The translations under genes and the position numbers were made by a program. Positions 60,519 through 64,000 of a stretch of 64,000 nt of DNA are shown piece by piece. How positions within the stretch are numbered: the stretch's first letter is position 1; every line of letters starts with the position of its first letter. Location: the NCBI GenBank assembly GCA_009729775.1, contig GCA_009729775.1_4081.1. One strand, written 5' to 3'. The DNA is from Escherichia coli. GTDB taxonomy: Bacteria > Pseudomonadota > Gammaproteobacteria > Enterobacterales > Enterobacteriaceae. Below the pieces are notes generated by a model. That model was given only the letters and a program-made list of their open reading frames with translations. It ran no database searches and had not been told where the DNA came from.

Positions 60519-60929
60519 TTAATCGTAGTAGGTTCTACCTACAGTTATGTGATATTTAAAGTACTTGGTTGGTAGTCCTAGTTCATTTCTAATATGTGTG
60601 ATGAAATCATCTTCAAATTCAATGATAAAGAATGAACCTGGATTCTTTTTATCTTTTACTATCTCAATACAAGGATTGAACTTTATCTTTACTTTCATTC
60701 CATCGTATTTTTTCCAGAACTCTTCATGTGGTGGTACTTCACCACGCACTATACTAACATGTGCTCCCCATTGAGGATCTTTAACGTCAATATGTAAATC
60801 AGTTCTGATGAAGTACTGGTAGTATCTAACCAACTGTAATGGAAGTTGCAGTACTAACCAGAAGTCCTTCTTCTTTTTCATAGTGCCACGGTCTGGATCA
60901 TACACCAGAGTTCCTTCCATTTCAATCAT
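60519..60929 (-). CDS. 2H phosphoesterase (LigT/Acb1-like cyclic phosphodiesterase fold)
   Basis: Two H-x-[ST]-x motifs about 70 aa apart (GAHVSIVRG and KYHITVGR), the hallmark of the 2H superfamily; 136 aa. Confidence 0.5.
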   Translation of the reverse strand: MIEMEGTLVYDPDRGTMKKKKDFWLVLQLPLQLVRYYQYFIRTDLHIDVKDPQWGAHVSIVRGEVPPHEEFWKKYDGMKVKIKFNPCIEIVKDKKNPGSFFIIEFEDDFITHIRNELGLPTKYFKYHITVGRTYYD

Positions 60930-60936
60930 ATTTTAC

Positions 60937-61140
60937 CTATAAAATTACATATATGTTTTTATTTTCAATACGAACATATGTTTCCAAAACATCTTTCGGA
61001 ATTTTATTACTTGTTTTGAACCATGTAGTATTCTCTACTAAAACAAAAGTTTCACCTTCAGTTTCACCAAATGTACTTAGTGCATAAATGAAGTAATTTG
61101 GTGCTGCACTACAATAGATATCAGCATTAATTTCAATCAT
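60937..61140 (-). CDS. hypothetical small protein
   Basis: 67 aa ORF. Confidence 0.5.
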   Translation of the reverse strand: MIEINADIYCSAAPNYFIYALSTFGETEGETFVLVENTTWFKTSNKIPKDVLETYVRIENKNIYVIL

Positions 61141-61143
61141 ATG

Positions 61144-61275
61144 TTACACCACAATAAAGCTTAATACAACGAGTGTAATAAACACACCCACAATAGCAGT
61201 CATTTCTGGGTTTGCATCATATGTATAGCGTATACATTTTAGAAAATCTTTACCAAATTTCTTTAGTCCATTCAT
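61144..61275 (-). CDS. small membrane protein ORF (43 aa) not in ORF track
   Basis: MNGLKKFGKDFLKCIRYTYDANPEMTAIVGVFITLVVLSFIVV; AAGGA SD 6 nt upstream; C-terminal TM helix; stop abuts the next start. Confidence 0.3.
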   Translation of the reverse strand: MNGLKKFGKDFLKCIRYTYDANPEMTAIVGVFITLVVLSFIVV

Positions 61276-61286
61276 ATATTTTCCTT

Positions 61287-61643
61287 TTATTTCTTGTGTA
61301 AAGGTTCATCACTTTCATAATAAATTGTATCATTATTTCGCTCTATAGTAAAGCTCTTTTGACACAACTCTTCAGCTAAACCCTTTGCATAGTTTAATAC
61401 ATCTCGGTTGAGATATACTTCTTCTTTTGGAAAGCGTGGGTACTGAATAATACGAGCACACATCCCACTTTCAAGACCGCCAGTGTAGATATATTCACAG
61501 GGAATTAATTGTACACAAAAGCCATACTTAAACGCAAATTTTCTTGTGTACTCTCTTGCTGTTTGAATATCACCAGCAATATGGATATTCCAGTACTGTG
61601 TCTCCACTGTACCTTTATCGATGTATTTCATACTCATCTCCAA
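61287..61643 (-). CDS. hypothetical protein
   Basis: 118 aa ORF. Confidence 0.6.
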   Translation of the reverse strand: MEMSMKYIDKGTVETQYWNIHIAGDIQTAREYTRKFAFKYGFCVQLIPCEYIYTGGLESGMCARIIQYPRFPKEEVYLNRDVLNYAKGLAEELCQKSFTIERNNDTIYYESDEPLHKK

Positions 61644-61660
61644 TTATAGCACTAAAAATC

Positions 61661-62050
61661 TCACTTTCCCAACTCTTCTATGATTCTTTTTATTGAATCA
61701 TGATTTTCCAGACATAAAGTACTGTAATTTCTGCCAGTTTTTTCATTGAGGTCGTCGATTTCAATCATAAGATATCCATATGTAATATCTTGAACCCTAC
61801 TTCGTTTTACCCTTGAGTACAGCTTGATTGGTACTGATACACGAGTATTCAAAAACAATTCAGATAAATCATAACGATACACCTGGTATTCATTCTTGGA
61901 ACGCTTACGACTGTACGATTCTAAACACTGCGGATAACGTCTATCAAAAATACTGGTCCTTAGCTGAAGAATCATCGGATCTAACTTATGTGAGTAATAT
62001 TTTTTAATTATTTTCTCAAAACGCTTAATGTGACGTTTCTTCCATCTCAT
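61661..62050 (-). CDS. basic hypothetical protein (possible nucleic-acid binding)
   Basis: 129 aa, Lys/Arg-rich N-terminal half; 4-nt overlap with the upstream gene. Confidence 0.6.
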   Translation of the reverse strand: MRWKKRHIKRFEKIIKKYYSHKLDPMILQLRTSIFDRRYPQCLESYSRKRSKNEYQVYRYDLSELFLNTRVSVPIKLYSRVKRSRVQDITYGYLMIEIDDLNEKTGRNYSTLCLENHDSIKRIIEELGK

Positions 62051-62544
62051 GTTCTAACTCCTTTCAATAATACAATAGGAAAATACTGTGTATCTCTATC
62101 AGAAATACTATTACAGTACTCAATAATTTCTTGATGGAGTGTGTTTATATAAATGCTAGGATATGGAATTGGTGTTTGTATTAGTCCAGAACTATAAACA
62201 CAATCAGTTCTTTGACAATCAATATAGTGTGTTGTTGGTATACCTTTACCACGTTCCTCAACTACAATTGAGTACGTGTCAGCAATAAAGATGAACGCAT
62301 TGTTAATTGATACATATTGGAGGGAATACACATCATCATGAACTTCAATCAAAGGACCATCAAAATTCATCAATACCGAACGGCGATATCCTAACACATC
62401 ACTCATTGCATCGAACTGTTCTTGTGATGAAAGAAAACAAAAACACGTATCACGACATACGTCTATAAAACGCTTAAATGTTTCTGTTTCTATAAGCATA
62501 TAATTTTCCTTAAAAAAGACCCCACATAGTGAGGTCAAATACAT
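62047..62544 (-). CDS. hypothetical protein
   Basis: 165 aa ORF; stop abuts the upstream gene. Confidence 0.6.
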   Translation of the reverse strand: MYLTSLCGVFFKENYMLIETETFKRFIDVCRDTCFCFLSSQEQFDAMSDVLGYRRSVLMNFDGPLIEVHDDVYSLQYVSINNAFIFIADTYSIVVEERGKGIPTTHYIDCQRTDCVYSSGLIQTPIPYPSIYINTLHQEIIEYCNSISDRDTQYFPIVLLKGVRT

Positions 62545-62769
62545 TTAATCGTTATCATCATCCAATGCGTCACGGTAAACATAATAAACATGTGCACCTA
62601 GCAAAGCAATAAGTACAATAAAGACTAACCAGAATGGTACAAAATGCAGTACTAGAGAAAATGCCAGTACTGTAATAACCATTACAACTGAACTGAAAAT
62701 AAGACGGACTGCTTTTTCAAATCCAGATAGTAAATTTTTAAAGATTTTTTTCATAAATGAATCAACCAT
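62545..62769 (-). CDS. two-TM small membrane protein (holin-like)
   Basis: 74 aa; two hydrophobic helices (AVRLIFSSVVMVITVLAFSLVL, FWLVFIVLIALLGAHVYYVY) and a charged C-terminal tail RDALDDDND; GAGGAT SD. Confidence 0.5.
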   Translation of the reverse strand: MVDSFMKKIFKNLLSGFEKAVRLIFSSVVMVITVLAFSLVLHFVPFWLVFIVLIALLGAHVYYVYRDALDDDND

Positions 62770-63112
62770 TTTTAATCCTCAAGAAAGTATGCTTACATTT
62801 TAGTTTATTACCATAGAATGAAATAGGAACATTAAACATTTCAATCTTATCTTCTTTCAACAAACGTAGAATATCAGGATCATTTTTTGTTTGAATACAA
62901 TGAAGACCATTAACCTGAATTTCTAAACCTTTCTTTAGATATTCATAAATTTTTTGACGACGCATCCCGCCATAACTATCATTATGTACCACATCACGTA
63001 GTTCTTTATATTCTTCCTTTAATGTTCGGTCTACAAGTGTTCCATCTTTCTTCCTGATCTCTGCAATACATTTATATTGATTTGAACCTCTAAGAGCCAT
63101 GTTGTACCTCAT
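62762..63112 (-). CDS. hypothetical protein
   Basis: 116 aa ORF, basic. Confidence 0.6.
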   Translation of the reverse strand: MRYNMALRGSNQYKCIAEIRKKDGTLVDRTLKEEYKELRDVVHNDSYGGMRRQKIYEYLKKGLEIQVNGLHCIQTKNDPDILRLLKEDKIEMFNVPISFYGNKLKCKHTFLRIKNG

Positions 63113-63569
63113 TAGGGTATTTTTTCATCAATTCGTGTAAACGCTGAATCTCTTGTTCTTTTTTTCTATCACTCTCGTATTTTCGAGAAAGTTTCTTTTT
63201 TGTATTTGCTTCTTCTAATCTAATATCAGTACAGAATTTGTCATTTTTTAAAAAATTGATACGCAATGCATTGTAAACAGCATTGAAATCGTTTCCTAAT
63301 TCTTTAGACGTGTCAGTGTAATTATGAAAATACATGTTATTTGTCATATTTACATGTTCAATTACTGCACCATTATGAGTTACGATAAACATTATATCGC
63401 CATACTGTTCATGTGGTTTTGAACGATATAGATATATATGTTGACGTAAATAATCTTTTAATTCATGTTCAATGCCACTTTGTTCATAACTTTGATATAC
63501 TAAAACCTCACCATCAGTTGAACTGTTGTCAGATTCATATGGTTCGCGGATAATTATAAGATTATACAT
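63090..63569 (-). CDS. hypothetical protein
   Basis: 159 aa ORF, Lys/Glu-rich C-terminus. Confidence 0.6.
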   Translation of the reverse strand: MYNLIIIREPYESDNSSTDGEVLVYQSYEQSGIEHELKDYLRQHIYLYRSKPHEQYGDIMFIVTHNGAVIEHVNMTNNMYFHNYTDTSKELGNDFNAVYNALRINFLKNDKFCTDIRLEEANTKKKLSRKYESDRKKEQEIQRLHELMKKYPNEVQHGS

Positions 63570-63577
63570 ATTACTCC

Positions 63578-63859
63578 TTATACCGGAGATACGGTACTCA
63601 ACATTAGTAAAGCTGTATTTTCATCAATTTCATGATAGTTGTCGCATACAAGTGTTTCCAACAAATCAGGATGATAATAATAATGTTCATAATCAGTATC
63701 ATTAGGAATATGATGATATACAAATACAATATCAAAAACATCATCATCATTTTCACACTTGAAACGCTTTAATTCATCGACACTTTCAACAAAGCCATAT
63801 TCTTCAAAAGCAGTTGTACCATCTGGTAGTTTCATCCATGCACTTGCAACAATTTTCAT
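63578..63859 (-). CDS. hypothetical acidic protein
   Basis: 93 aa ORF. Confidence 0.55.
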   Translation of the reverse strand: MKIVASAWMKLPDGTTAFEEYGFVESVDELKRFKCENDDDVFDIVFVYHHIPNDTDYEHYYYHPDLLETLVCDNYHEIDENTALLMLSTVSPV

Positions 63860-63876
63860 AAATTTGTGAATCCTTA

Positions 63877-64000
63877 TTATTTTGTAATGTTTAGTTTAGA
63901 AACGAAGTATTCTTTGGCTTCTTCATATGTCATTGAAGTATACATAGGATTCCATTTATCGTCAATATCGATAAGTACTTTAACTTCCATTACATCTTCT
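63877..64000 (-). CDS. possible small ORF running off the window edge (partial)
   Basis: Minus-strand frame ...MEVKVLIDIDDKWNPMYTSMTYEEAKEYFVSKLNITK-stop is open to the window end; the start may lie beyond the window. Confidence 0.25.
   Translation of the reverse strand, partial: EDVMEVKVLIDIDDKWNPMYTSMTYEEAKEYFVSKLNITK

Overview
AT-rich, densely coded 64-kb segment of a large tailed phage genome, T4-related and probably a jumbo myovirus. All homology calls were made by reading motifs by eye; no database search or structure prediction was run. Three blocks are visible. (i) 1-34.8 kb, mostly + strand, is a virion and tail-fibre module: a 5'-truncated structural gene, a 3333-aa giant protein, structural proteins, a pectate-lyase-fold tailspike (putative depolymerase), a 1959-aa highly repetitive fibre and further fibre-like proteins. 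It is interrupted by a minus-strand ClpA-like AAA+ unfoldase gene with its own sigma70-like promoter. (ii) 34.8-52.4 kb, minus strand: T4-type thymidylate synthase with a SLOG-like partner, a MoxR-like ATPase plus vWA/HExxH protein pair, hyper-acidic proteins, two tail-tube paralogues, the gp18-like tail sheath and a gp1-like dNMP kinase. (iii) 52.4-64 kb, minus strand: an island of small early/accessory genes including a TARG1-like macrodomain, Nudix hydrolases, glutaredoxin, a Pth2-like protein, a CCA-adding enzyme, an HPF-family ribosome hibernation factor, a membrane-anchored LysM-GH24 lysozyme, a 2H phosphoesterase and holin-like membrane proteins. Minus-strand genes are punctuated by near-consensus TTGACA-N16-TGnTATAAT promoters and intrinsic terminator hairpins. 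No rRNA, tRNA or CRISPR array was seen. Several ORF-track starts are first-in-frame TTG/GTG codons; likely true starts behind Shine-Dalgarno motifs are given where clear. Coordinates of promoters and hairpins are approximate (+/- 2 nt).
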